Part shown: positions 12,224 to 27,400 of the stretch, piece by piece
Layout of the letters: every line of letters begins with the position of its first letter
How positions within the stretch are numbered: the first letter of the stretch is position 1
The notes under the pieces: generated by a model
Databases searched by the model: none
Seen by the model: only the letters and a program-made list of their open reading frames with translations
Told to the model about the DNA's origin: nothing
Made by a program: the position numbers and the translations under genes
Source: the human T2T-CHM13v2.0 reference genome, Homo sapiens
Strand: one strand, 5' to 3'
NCBI RefSeq assembly: GCF_009914755.1
Contig: NC_060940.1
Length of the DNA stretch: 64,000 bases

Positions 12224-15200
12224 TCCATTCGATGATTCCATTCGATTCCATTTGATGGTTCCATTCGAGTCCATTTAATCATTACAGTCGAGTCCATTTG
12301 GTGATTCCACTGGATTTCTTTTGATAATGATACCATTCAATTACATTTGATGATGATCCCATTCAACTTCATTTGATGATGATTCCATTAGAGTCCATTC
12401 GATGATTTTATTCGAGTCCCTTCATTGATTCCATCCGATTTCATTGGATGATGACTCCATTCGAGTCCATTCGATGATTCCACTCGATTCCATTAGATGA
12501 CTCCATTGGAGTCCATTTGATTGTTCCATTCGATTCCATTCGATTCCTTTCGAAGATTATTCCATTTGAGTCCATTCGATGATGATTCCATTCCATTCCA
12601 TTCGATGATTCCGTTTGATTCCATTCGATGATTCCCTTCGATTCCTTTCTTTGATGATTCCATTCCATTCCATTCAATGATTCCATTCGAATCTATTCCA
12701 TGATGATTCCTTTCGATTCCATTCGCTGATGTTTCCGTTCAATTCCATTCGACGATGATTCCATTCGATTCCATTCATTGAGGATTCCATTGGATTCCAT
12801 TCAATGATGATTCCATTCTATTCCATTCAATGATTGCATTCAATTCCATTCAATGATTATCCCATTAGAGTAAACTCAACGATTCCATTCAATACCATTC
12901 GATGATGATTCCTTTTGAGTCCATTCAATGATTTCATTCAAGTCCATTTGATGATTCCTTTCAATTCCATTCTATGATGATTCCATTCGAGTCCATTCAA
13001 TGATTCCATTCGATTGCATTCGATGATTCCATTATATTCCAGTCAACGATGATTCCATTCGAGTCCATTCGATGATTCCATTAGAGTACATTTAATGATT
13101 GCTTTGTTTTCAATTCGAAGATGATTACATTGGATTCCATTCTATGATACCATTCGATTCCATTCAATGATGATTCCACTCAAATCCATTGGATGATTCC
13201 ATTCGTGTCCATTCGGTGATTTCATTAGATTCCATTCGAGGATGATTCCATTCGATTCCATTCGATGATTCCATTCAATTCCATTCGATGATGATTCCAT
13301 TCCAGTCCATATGATCATTCCATTTGATTTCATTCGATGATGATTCCATTCAATTCGATTCGACGATTCCATTCTATTCCATTCGATGATGATTCCATTC
13401 GAGTCCATTCGATGATTCCATTCGAGTCCATTTAATGATTCCATTGGGTTCAATTCAATGATGATTACATTGGATTCCGTTCTATGATTCCATTCAATTC
13501 CGTTCACTGACAATTGGATTTCATTCGATGATGATTCCATTTGAGTTCATTCTATGATTCTATTCGATTCTCTTCGATGGTGATTCAATTCTATTATATT
13601 GGATGATTCCATTCGATTCCATTTGATGTTGATTCAATTCGATTCTATTCGATGATGATTCCATTGGATTTCACTTGATGATTCTATTCGATTCCATTCA
13701 ATGATGATTCACTTCTCGTCCATTGGATGATTCCATTTCATTCCATTCGATGATGATTCCATTCGATTCCATTCGATGATTCCATTTGATTCCATGCGAC
13801 GGTGAGCAATTCGATTCAATTCCATGATGATTCTATTTGATTCAATTAGATGATGTTTCCATTCGAATCCATTCCATGATTATTCCATTGGAATCCATTC
13901 GGCGATGATTCCATATGAGTCAAGTCAATGATGATTCCATATGGGTCCGTTCGATGATAATTCCATTTGATTTCATTCGATGCTTCTATTCTATTCCAGT
14001 CGATGATGATTCCGTTGGTGTCCATACGATGATTCCATTTGATTTCATTTGATGATGATTCCATTCGATGATGATTACATTGGATTCCATTCTATGATTC
14101 CATTCAATTCCATTCGTTGATGATTCGATTCCATTCAATGATGATTCCATTTGAGTTCATTCGATGATTCTATTCGATTCTGTTCGATGGTGATTCAATT
14201 CTATTATATTGGATGATTCCACTCGATTCCATTTGATGATTATTCCATTGGAGTCCACTTAGTGAATCCTTTAGATTCTACTCGACGATGATTCCATTCG
14301 AGTCCATTCGATGATACCATTCAATTCCATTCGTTGATGCTTCCATTCAAGTGCATTCGATGATATCATTCGATTCCATTTGATGTTAATTCCATTTGAT
14401 TCCATGCGATGATTCTATTCGATTCCATTCAATGATAATTCCATTCAATTCAGTGATTCCTCTGGACTCCATTTGATGATGATTCCATTCAATGATTCCA
14501 TTCGATTCTATTCGAAAATGATTCCATTTGAATCCATTTGATGATGATTCCATTAGAGTCCATTTGATGATTCCATTCGATTCCATTCGACGATGATTCC
14601 ATTCGATTCCGTTTGATGATTCCATTCTATTCTATTCGATGATGATTCCATTCGATTCCATTCGATGATGATTGGATTCGATTCCATTTGATGATTTCAT
14701 TTGATTCCATTCGTTAATGATTTCGATCAATTCCATTCGATGATTCCATTCGATTCCATTCGATAATGATTACATCCGAGTCCATTCGATGATTCCCTTT
14801 GAGCCTGTTCGATAATTCCATTTGAGTCCAACCAATGATTCCATTCATTTCCATTCAATGATTCCATTCGAGTCCATTTGATCATTCCGGTAGGGTCCAT
14901 TCGATGTTGATTCCATTGGAGTGCATTCGATGATTCCATTCGAGTCCATTTTAGGATTTGATTCGAGTCCTTTCGATGATTCCATTCGATTCCACTCGAT
15001 GATGATTTCATTCGAGTCCATTCGACACTTCCAATCGATTCCATTTGATGATTCCATTCGAGTCCAATTGATGATTCCAATCAATTCCATTCGATGATGA
15101 TTCCGTACGATTCCATTCTGTGATGATTCCATGTGATTGCATTCAATGATGATTCCTTTCGATTGCATTCGATTATGATTCATTTCGTGTTCATTCTATG

Positions 15201-18200
15201 GTTCCACAGGTTTCCATTCGTGTCCATTCCATTATTCCATTCTATTCCATTTGATGATGATTCCGTTCGATTCCATTCATTGGTGATTCCACTCAATTCC
15301 ATTCAATGATTCCATTCCATTTCTTTCAACAATGATTCCATTAGTTTCTAATCGATGATCCACTTGATTCCATTTGACGACGATTCCATTCTTGTCCATT
15401 CGATGATTCCATTTGATTCCATATGATGATGATTCCATTCGATTCCATACCATGATGATTCCATTCGAGTCCATTCAATGGTGATTCCATTCAATTCCAT
15501 TCGATGATTCCTTTTGATTCCATTCGATGATGATGGCATTCGATTCCTTTCAATCATTCCCTTTGATTCCATTCAAAGGTGATTTCATTCAAGTCCATTC
15601 GATAATTGCATTCGATTCCATTCTATGATGATTCCATTCGAGTCCATTTGATGATTCCATTCAATTCAAGTCAATGATGATTCCATTCGATTCCATTCGA
15701 AGATTCCATTGGATTCCATTCGATGATGATTCCATTCAAATCCATTCGATAATTCAATTCAAGTCCATTCGATGATGATTCCAATCGAATCCATTCAAAG
15801 ATTCCATTCAGTTCCATTCGATGATTCCCTTAGATTCCATTCGATGATTCCACTTGATTGCATTTACGATGATTCCATTCGATTCCATGTGATGATTCCA
15901 TTCAATTCTATTCAATGATGTCTCCATTTGATTCCATTCGACCATGATTGCCTTTGATTCCATTCAATGATTCCATTCGGTTCCGTTTGATGATGATTCC
16001 GTTCGATTCCATTTGATGATTCCATTTGATTCCATTGGATGAGTCCATTCGATTACATTCGATGATTATTCCATTCGCGTGCATTAGATGATTCCATTCG
16101 AGTCCATTCGATGATTCCATTCGATTCCATTCGATGTTGATTCTGTTCAAATCCATTCGATGATTCCACTCGATTCCATTCGTTGACTCCATTTGATCCC
16201 ATTCGATGATTTCCTTTGATTCCCTTTGATGATCATTCCATTTGATTCAATTCGGTGATTTCATTTGATTCCATTCAGTGATGTTTCCATTCGACTCCAT
16301 TCGATGATGATTCCATTCGACTCCATTCGATTATGATTTCATTCAATTCCATTCGATAATGATTCCCTTCGAGTCCATTCGATGATTCCATTCGATTCCA
16401 TTCAACGATGATTTGATTCGTGTCCATTCGATGATTCCATTTGATTCCACTTGATGATGATTCCATTCGAGTCCATTTGATGATTCCATTCAATTCCATA
16501 CTCCGATGATTTCTTTTGAGCCCACTCAATGCTTCCACTCGATTCCATATGATGATGACTCCATTCGATGAAATTCGATGATGATTCCATTCGCTTGCTT
16601 TCGATGATGATTCCACTTGAGTCCGTTAGAAGATTCTATTCAATTACATTCCATGACGATTCCGTTCGAGTCCATTTGATGATTCCATTAGACTCCATTC
16701 GACGATGATTCCATTCGATGTTATTCGATGATTCCATTCGATCTCATTCGATGATGATTCCATTCAACTCCATTCGATGTTTCCATTCGAGTTCATTCTA
16801 TTATTCCATTAGATTCCATTCGATGATGATTCCATTCGATTCCATTTGATGATTGCATTCTATTTCATTTGATGATGATTCCATTCGAGTCCACTCGATG
16901 ATTCCATTCGAGTCCATTTAATGAATCCATTGGTTTCAATTCTATGATGATTACATTGGATTCCATTCGTTGATGATTTCATTCGGTTCCATTCAATGAT
17001 GATTCCATTCAATTCCTTTCAATGTTTCCATTCAATTCCATACGATGATGATTCCATTTGATTTGATTCGACAGTGAGCCATTCGATTCAATTCCATGAT
17101 GATTCTATTTGATTCAATTGGTTGACATTTACATTCGATTCCATTCAATGATGATTCCCTTTGATTCCGTTCAAAGATGATTCCATTCTAGCCCATTCAA
17201 TCATTCCATTCGATTCTATTCAATGATGATTCCATTCATGTCGATTTGGTGATTCCATTTGACTTCATTTGATGATGATTCCTTTCAAGTTCATTAGATG
17301 ATTCCATTCGATTCCATTTGATGATGATCCCATTCGAGTCCATTCAGTGATTCCATTCGTTTCCATTCCATGATGATTCCATTCCTTTCCATTCAATGAT
17401 TCCATTCGATTCCGTTTGATGATGATTTCATTCGAGTCCATTTGTTGATTCCATTTGATTCCATTCGATGATGATTCCATTCGAGTCCATTCGATGATTC
17501 TATTCGAATCCATTTGATGATTTCTTTTGATTATATTTGGTGATGATTCCATTGGAGTCCATTCAATGATTCCATTCTATTCCAATCGATGATGATTCCA
17601 TTAGAGTCCATTTAATGATTCCATTTGATTCCAGTCTCTGATGATTACATTCGAGTCCATACGATGATTCCACTCAATTCCATATGATGATGATTCCATT
17701 CGATTCCATTCGGTGATTCCATTCTATTCTATTCAATGGTGATTCCATTCGAGTACATTAGATTATTCCATTCGATTCCATTCAATGATGATTCTATTTG
17801 TGTCCCTTAGATGATTCCACATGATTCCATTAGATGATGATACTATTTGAGCCCATCCAATGATTCCCTTCGATTCCATTCGATGAGGATTCCATTCGAT
17901 TCAATTCATTGGTGATTCTATTCAATTCAATTCTTTGATTCCATTCCATTCCATTCGACAATGATTCCATTCGATTTCTTTCGATGATTCCACTCGATTC
18001 CACTTGACATTGATTCCATTCGATTCCATTCAATGATTCCATTTGATTCCAGTGGATGATGATTGCCATCGATTCCATTCGATCACTCCATTCTATTCCA
18101 TTTGATGATGATTACATTCGATTCCATTTGATGATTCCATCTGATTCTATTCGAGGATTCCATTTGATTCCATTCGATGATGATTCCATTCGAGTCCATT

Positions 18201-18335
18201 CGATGATTTCATTCGAGTACATCCAATGATTCCATTCGAGTCCATTAGATGATTCCATTTGATTCCATTTGAAAATGATTCTACTAGAGTCCATTCAATG
18301 ACTCCATTCGAGTCCATTCAACAATTCCATTCGAC
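12224..18335 (+). repeat. HOR copy 3 (6112 bp)
   Basis: ORF offsets of 6112 to both neighbours. Confidence 0.93.
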
Positions 18336-21300
18336 TCCATTCGATGATTCCATTCGATTCCATTTGATGGTTCCATTCGAGTCCATTTAATCATTACAGT
18401 CGAGTCCATTTGGTGATTCCACTGGATTTCTTTTGATAATGATACCATTCAATTACATTTGATGATGATCCCATTCAATTTCATTTGATGATGATTCCAT
18501 TAGAGTCCATTCGATGATTTCATTCGAGTCCCTTCATTGATTCCATCCGATTTCATTGGATGATGACTCCATTCGAGTCCATTCGATGATTCCACTCGAT
18601 TCCATTAGATGACTCCATTGGAGTCCATTTGATTGTTCCATTCGATTCCATTCGATTCCTTTCGAAGATTATTCCATTTGAGTCCATTCGATGATGATTC
18701 CATTCCATTCCATTCGATGATTCCGTTTGATTCCATTCGATGATTCCCTTCGATTCCTTTCTTTGATGATTCCATTCCATTCCATTCAATGATTCCATTC
18801 GAATCTATTCCATGATGATTCCTTTCGATTCCATTCGCTGATGTTTCCGTTCAATTCCATTCGATGATGATTCCATTCGATTCCATTCATTGAGGATTCC
18901 ATTTGATTCCATTCAATGATGATTCCATTCTATTCCATTCAATGATTGCATTCAATTCCATTCAATGATTATCCCATTAGAGTAAACTCAACGATTCCAT
19001 TCAATACCATTCGATGATGATTCCTTTTGAGTCCATTCAATGATTTCATTCAAGTCCATTTGATGATTCCTTTCAATTCCATTCTATGATGATTCCATTC
19101 GAGTCCATTCGATGATTCCATTCGATTGCATTCGATGATTCCATTATATTCCATTCAACGGTGATTCCATTCGAGTCCATTCCATGATTCCATTAGAGTA
19201 CATTTAATGATTGCTTTGTTTTCAATTCGAAGATGATTACATTGGATTCCATTCTATGATACCATTCGATTCCATTCAATGATGATTCCACTCAAATCCA
19301 TTGGATGATTCCATTCGTGTCCATTCGGTGATTTCATTAGATTCCATTCGAGGATGATTCCATTCGATTCCATTCGATGATTCCATTCAATTCCATTCGA
19401 TGATGATTCCATTCCAGTCCATATGATCATTCCATTTGATTTCATTCGATGATGATTCCATTCGATTCCTTTCGACGATTCCATTCTATTCCATTCGATG
19501 ATGATTCCATTCGAGTCCATTCGATGATTCCATTCGAGTCCATTTAATGATTCCATTGGGTTCAATTCAATGATGATTACATTGGATTCCGTTCTATGAT
19601 TCCATTCAATTCCGTTCATTGACAATTTGATTCCATTCGATGATGATTCCATTTGAGTTCATTCGATGATTCTATTCGATTCTCTTCGATGGTGATTCAA
19701 TTCTATTATATTGGATGATTCCATTCGATTCCATTTGATGTTGATTCAATTCGATTCTATTCGATGATGATTCCATTGGATTTCACTTGATGATTCTATT
19801 CGATTCCATTCAATGATGATTCACTTCTCGTCCATTGGATGATTCCATTTCATTCCATTCGATGATGATTCCATTCGATTCCATTCGATGATTCCATTTG
19901 ATTCCATGCGACGGTGAGCAATTCGATTCAATTCCATGATGATTCTATTTGATTCAATTAGATGATGTTTCCATTCGAATCCATTCCATGATTATTCCAT
20001 TGGAATCCATTCGGCGATGATTCCATATGAGTCAATTCAATGATGATTCCATATGGGTCCGTTCGATGATAATTCCATTTGATTTCATTCGATGCTTCTA
20101 TTCTATTCCAGTCGATGATGATTCCGTTGGAGTCCATACGATGATTCCATTTGATTTCATTTGATGATGATTCCATTCGATGATGATTACATTGGATTCC
20201 ATTCTATGATTCCATTCAATTCCATTCGTTGATGATTCGATTCCATTCAATGATGATTCCATTTGAGTTCATTCGATGATTCTATTCGATTCCGTTCGAT
20301 GGTGATTCAATTCTATTATATTGGATGATTCCACTCGATTCCATTTGATGATTATTCCATTGGAGTCCACTTAGTGAATCCTTTAGATTCTACTCGACGA
20401 TGATTCCATTCGAGTCCATTCGATGATACCATTCAATTCCATTCGTTGATGCTTCCATTCAAGTGCATTCGATGATATCATTCGATTCCATTTGATGATA
20501 ATTCCATTTGATTCCATGCGATGATTCTATTCGATTCCATTCAATGATAATTCCATTCAATTCAGTGATTCCTCTGGACTCCATTTGATGATGATTCCAT
20601 TCAATGATTCCATTCGATTCTATTCGAAAATGATTCCATTTGAATCCATTTGATGATGATTCCATTAGAGTCCATTTGATGATTCCATTCGATTCCATTC
20701 GACGATGATTCCATTCGATTCCGTTTGATGATTCCATTCTATTCTATTCGATGATGATTCCATTCGATTCCATTCAATGATGATTGGATTCGATTCCATT
20801 TGATGATTTCATTTGATTCCATTCGTTAATGATTTCGATCAATTCTATTCGATGATTCCATTCGATTCCATTCGATAATGATTACATCCGAGTCCATTCG
20901 ATGATTCCCTTTGAGCCTGTTCGATAATTCCATGTGAGTCCAACCAATGATTCCATTCATTTCCATTCAATGATTCCATTCGAGTCCATTTGATCATTCC
21001 GGTAGGGTCCATTCGATGTTGATTCCATTGGAGTGCATTCGATGATTCCATTCGAGTCCATTTTAGGATTTGATTCGAGTCCTTTCGATGATTCCATTCG
21101 ATTCCACTCGATGATGATTTCATTCGAGTCCATTCGACACTTCCAATCGATTCCATTTGATGATTCCATTCGAGTCCAATTGATGATTCCATTCAATTCC
21201 ATTCGATGATGATTCCGTACGATTCCATTCTGTGATGATTCCATGTGATTGCATTCAATGATGATTCCTTTCGATTGCATTCAATTATGATTCATTTCGT

Positions 21301-24300
21301 GTTCTTTCTATGGTTCCACAGGTTTCCATTCGTGTCCATTCCATTATTCCATTCTATTCCATTTGATGATGATTCCGTGCGATTCCATTCATTGGTGATT
21401 CCACTCAATTCCATTCAATGATTCCATTCCATTTCTTTCAACAATGATTCCATTAGTTTCTAATCGATGATCCACTTGATTCCATTTGACGACGATTCCA
21501 TTCTTGTCCATTCGATGATTCCATTTGATTCCATATGATGATGATTCCATTCGATTCCATACCATGATGATTCCATTCGAGTCCATTCAATGGTGATTCC
21601 ATTCAATTCCATTCGATGATTCCTTTTGATTCCATTCGATGATGATGGCATTCGATTCCTTTCAATCATTCCCTTTGATTCCATTCAAAGGTGATTTCAT
21701 TCAAGTCCATTCGATAATTGCATTCGATTCCATTCTATGATGATTCCATTCGAGTCCATTTGATGATTCCATTCAATTCAAGTCAATGATGATTCCATTC
21801 GATTCCATTCGATGATTCCATTGGATTCCATTCGATGATGATTCCATTCAAATCCATTCGATAATTCAATTCAAGTCCATTCGATGATGATTCCAATCGA
21901 ATCCATTCAAAGATTCCATTCAGTTCCATTCGATGATTCCCTTAGATTCCATTCGATGATTCCACTTGATTGCATTTACGATGATTCCATTCGATTCCAT
22001 GTGATGATTCCATTCAATTCTATTCAATGATGTCTCCATTTGATTCCATTCGACCATGATTGCCTTTGATTCCATTCAATGATTCCATTCGGTTCCGTTT
22101 GATGATGATTCCGTTCGATTCCATTTGATGATTCCATTTGATTCCATTGGATGAGTCCATTCGATTACATTCGATGATTATTCCATTCGAGTGCATTAGA
22201 TGATTCCATTCGAGTCCATTCGATGATTCCATTCGATTCCATTCGATGTTGATTCTGTTCAAATCCATTCGATGATTCCACTCGATTCCATTCGTTGACT
22301 CCATTTGATCCCATTCGATGATTTCCTTTGATTCCCTTTGATGATCATTCCATTTGATTCAATTCGGTGATTTCATTTGATTCCATTCAGTGATGTTTCC
22401 ATTCGACTCCATTCGATGATGATTCCATTCGACTCCATTCGATTATGATTTCATTCAATTCCATTCGATAATGATTCCCTTCGAGTCCATTCGATGATTC
22501 CATTCGATTCCATTCAACGATGATTTGATTCGTGTCCATTCGATGATTCCATTTGATTCCACTTGATGATGATTCCATTCGAGTCCATTTGATGATTCCA
22601 TTCAATTCCATACTCCGATGATTTCTTTTGAGCCCACTCAATGCTTCCACTCGATTCCATATGATGATGACTCCATTCGATGAAATTCGATGATGATTCC
22701 ATTCGCTTGCTTTCGATGATGATTCCACTTGAGTCCGTTAGAAGATTCTATTCAATTACATTCCATGACGATTCCGTTCAAGTCCATTTGATGATTCCAT
22801 TAGACTCCATTCGACGATGATTCCATTCGATGTTATTCGATGATTCCATTCGATCTCATTCGATGATGATTCCATTCAACTCCATTCGATGTTTCCATTC
22901 GAGTTCATTCTATTATTCCATTAGATTCCATTCGATGATGATTCCATTCGATTCCATTTGATGATTGCATTCTATTTCATTTGATGATGATTCCATTCGA
23001 GTCCACTCGATGATTCCATTCGAGTCCATTTAATGAATCCATTGGTTTCAATTCTATGATGATTACATTGGATTCCATTCGTTGATGATTTCATTCGGTT
23101 CCATTCAATGATGATTCCATTCAATTCCTTTCAATGTTTCCATTCAATTCCATACGATGATGATTCCATTTGATTTGATTCGACAGTGAGCCATTCGATT
23201 CAATTCCATGATGATTCTATTTGATTCAATTGGTTGACATTTACATTCGATTCCATTCGATGATGATTCCCTTTGATTCCGTTCAAAGATGATTCCATTC
23301 TAGCCCATTCAATCATTCCATTCGATTCTATTCAATGATGATTCCATTCATGTCGATTTGGTGATTCCATTTGACTTCATTTGATGATGATTCCTTTCAA
23401 GTTCATTAGATGATTCCATTCGATTCCATTTGATGATGATCCCATTCGAGTCCATTCAGTGATTCCATTCGTTTCCATTCCATGATGATTCCATTCCTTT
23501 CCATTCAATGATTCCATTCGATTCCGTTTGATGATGATTTCATTCGAGTCCATTTGTTGATTCCATTTGATTCCATTCGATGATGATTCCATTCGAGTCC
23601 ATTCGATGATTCTATTCGAATCCATTTGATGATTTCTTTTGATTATATTTGGTGATGATTCCATTGGAGTCCATTCAATGATTCCATTCTATTCCAATCG
23701 ATGATGATTCCATTAGAGTCCATTTAATGATTCCATTTGATTCCAGTCTCTGATGATTACATTCGAGTCCATACGATGATTCCACTCAATTCCATATGAT
23801 GATGATTCCATTTGATTCCATTCGGTGATTCCATTCTATTCTATTCAATGGTGATTCCATTCGAGTACATTAGATGATTCCATTCGATTCCATTCAATGA
23901 TGATTCTATTTGTGTCCCTTAGATGATTCCACATGATTCCATTAGATGATGATACTATTTGAGCCCATCCAATGATTCCCTTCGATTCCATTCGATGAGG
24001 ATTCCATTCGATTCAATTCATTGGTGATTCTATTCAATTCAATTCTTTGATTCCATTCCATTCCATTCGACAATGATTCCATTCGTTTTCTTTCGATGAT
24101 TCCACTCGATTCCACTTGACATTGATTCCATTCGATTCCATTCAATGATTCCATTTGATTCCAGTGGATGATGATTGCCATCGATTCCATTCGATCACTC
24201 CATTCTATTCCATTTGATGATGATTACATTCGATTCCATTTGATGATTCCATCTGATTCTATTCGAGGATTCCATTTGATTCCATTCGATGATGATTCCA

Positions 24301-24447
24301 TTCGAGTCCATTCGATGATTTCATTCGAGTACATCCAATGATTCCATTCGAGTCCATTTGATGATTCCATTTGATTCCATTTGATTATGATTCTACTAGA
24401 GTCCATTCAATGACTCCATTCGAGTCCATTCAACAATTCCATTCGAC
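18336..24447 (+). repeat. HOR copy 4 (6112 bp)
   Basis: ORF offsets of 6112; clustered substitutions near its right end (from ~24359). Confidence 0.93.
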
Positions 24448-27400
24448 TCCATTCGATGATTCCATTGGATTCCATTTGATGATTCCTTTCGAGTCCATTT
24501 AATCATTACAGTCGAGTCCATTTGGTGATTCTGCTGGATTTCCTTTGATAATGATACCATTCAATTTCATTTGATGATGATTCCATTAGAGTCCATTCGA
24601 TGATTTCATTCGAGTCCCTTCATTGATTCCATCCGATTTCATTGGATGATGACTCCATTCGAGTCCATTCGATGATTCCACTCGATTCCATTAGATGACT
24701 CCATTGGAGTCCATTTGATTGTTCCATTCGATTCCATTCGATTCCTTTCGAAGATTATTCCATTTGAGTCCATTCGATGATGACTCCATCCCATTCCATT
24801 CGATGATTCCGTTTGATTCCATTCGATGATTCCCTTCGATTCCTTTCTTTGATGATTCCATTCCATTCCATTCAATGATTCCATTCGAATCTATTCCATG
24901 ATGATTCCTTTCGATTCCATTCGCTGATGTTTCCGTTCAATTCCATTCGATGATGATTCCATTCGATTCCATTCATTGAGGATTCCATTTGATTCCATTC
25001 AATGATGATTCCATTCTATTCCATTCAATGATTGCATTCAATTCCATTCAATGATTATCCCATTAGAGTAAACTCAACGATTCCATTCAATACCATTCGA
25101 TGATGATTCCTTTTGAGTCCATTCAATGATTTCATTCAAGTCCATTTGATGATTCCTTTCAATTCCATTCTATGATGATTCCATTTGAGTCCATTCGATG
25201 ATTCCATTCGATTGCATTCGATGATTCCATTATATTCCATTCAACGGTGATTCCATTCGAGTCCATTCCATCATTCCATTAGAGTACATTTAATGATTGC
25301 TTTGTTTTCAATTCGAAGATGATTACATTGGATTCCATTCTATGATACCATTCGATTCCATTCAATGATGATTCCACTCAAATCCATTGGATGATTCCAT
25401 TCGTGTCCATTCGGTGATTTCATTAGATTCCATTCGAGGATGATTCCATTCGATTCCATTCGATGATTCCATTCAATTCCATTCGATGATGATTCCATTC
25501 CAGTCCATATGATCATTCCATTTGATTTCATTCGATGATGATTCCATTCGATTCGATTCGACGATTCCATTCTATTCCATTCGATGATGATTCCATTCGA
25601 GTCCATTCGATCAATCCATTCGAGTCCATTTAATGATTCCATTGTGTTCAATTCAATGATGATTACATTGGATTCCGTTCTATGATTCCATTCAATTCCG
25701 TTCATTGACAATTTTATTCCATTCGATGATGATTCCATTTGAGTTCATTCGATGATTCTATTCGATTCTCTTCAATGGTGATTCAATTCTATTATATTGG
25801 ATGATTCCATTCGATTCCATTTGATGTTGATTCAATTCGATTCTATTCGATGATGATTCCATTGGATTTCACTTGATGATTCTATTCGATTCCATTCAAT
25901 GATGATTCACTTCTCGTCCATTGGATGATTCCATTTCATTCCATTCGATGATGATTCCATTCGATTCCATTCGTTGATTCCATTTGATTCCATGCGACGG
26001 TGAGCAATTCGATTCAATTCCATGATGATTCTATTTGATTCAATTAGATGATGTTTCCATTCGAATCCATTCCATGATTATTCCATTGGAATCCATTCAG
26101 CGATGATTCCATATGAGTCAATTCAATGATGATTCCATATGGGTCCGTTCGATGATAATTCCATTTGATTTCATTCGATGCTTCTATTCAATTCCAGTCG
26201 ATGATGATTCCGTTGGAGTCCATACGATGATTCCATTTGATTTCATTTGATGATGATTCCATTCGATGATGATTACATTGGATTCCATTCTATGATTCCA
26301 TTCAATTCCATTCGTTGATGATTCGATTCCATTCAATGATGATTCCATTTGAGTTCATTCGATGATTCTATTCGATTCCGTTCGATGGTGATTCAATTCT
26401 ATTATATTGGATGATTCCACTCGATTCCATTTGATGATTATTCCATTGGAGTCCACTTAGTGAATCCTTTAGATTCTACTCGACGATGATTCCATTCGAG
26501 TCCATTCGATGATACCATTCAATTCCATTCGTTGATGCTTCCATTCAAGTGCATTCGATGATATCATTCGATTCCATTTGATGTTAATTCCATTTGATTC
26601 CATGCGATGATTCTATTCGATTCCATTCAATGATAATTCCATTCAATTCAGTGATTCCTCTGGACTCCATTTGATGATGATTCCATTCAATGATTCCATT
26701 CGATTCTATTCGAAAATGATTCCATTTGAATCCATTTGATGATGATTCCATTAGTGTCCATTTGATGATTCCATTCGATTCCATTCGACGATGATTCCAT
26801 TCGATTCCGTTTGATGATTCCATTCTATTCTATTCGATGATGATTCCATTCGATTCCATTCGATGATGATTTGATTCGATTCCATTTGATGATTTCATTT
26901 GATTCCATTCGTTAATGATTTCGATCAATTCCATTCGATGATTCCATTCGATTCCATTCGATAATGATTACATCCGAGTCCATTCGATGATTCCCTTTGA
27001 GCCTGTTCGATAATTCCATTTGAGTCCAACCAATGATTCCATTCATTTCCATTCAATGATTCCATTCGAGTCCATTTGATCATTCCGGTAGGGTCCATTC
27101 GATGTTGATTCCATTGGAGTGCATTCGATGATTCCATTCGAGTCCATTTTAGGATTTGATTCGAGTCCTTTCGATGATTCCATTCGATTCCACTCGATGA
27201 TGATTTCATTCGAGTCCATTCGACACTTCCAATCGATTCCATTTGATGATTCCATTCGAGTCCAATTGATGATTCCATTCAATTCCATTCGATGATGATT
27301 CCGTACGATTCCATTCTGTGATGATTCCATGTGATTGCATTCAATGATGATTCCTTTCGATTGCATTCGATTATGATTCATTTCGTGTTCATTCTATGGT

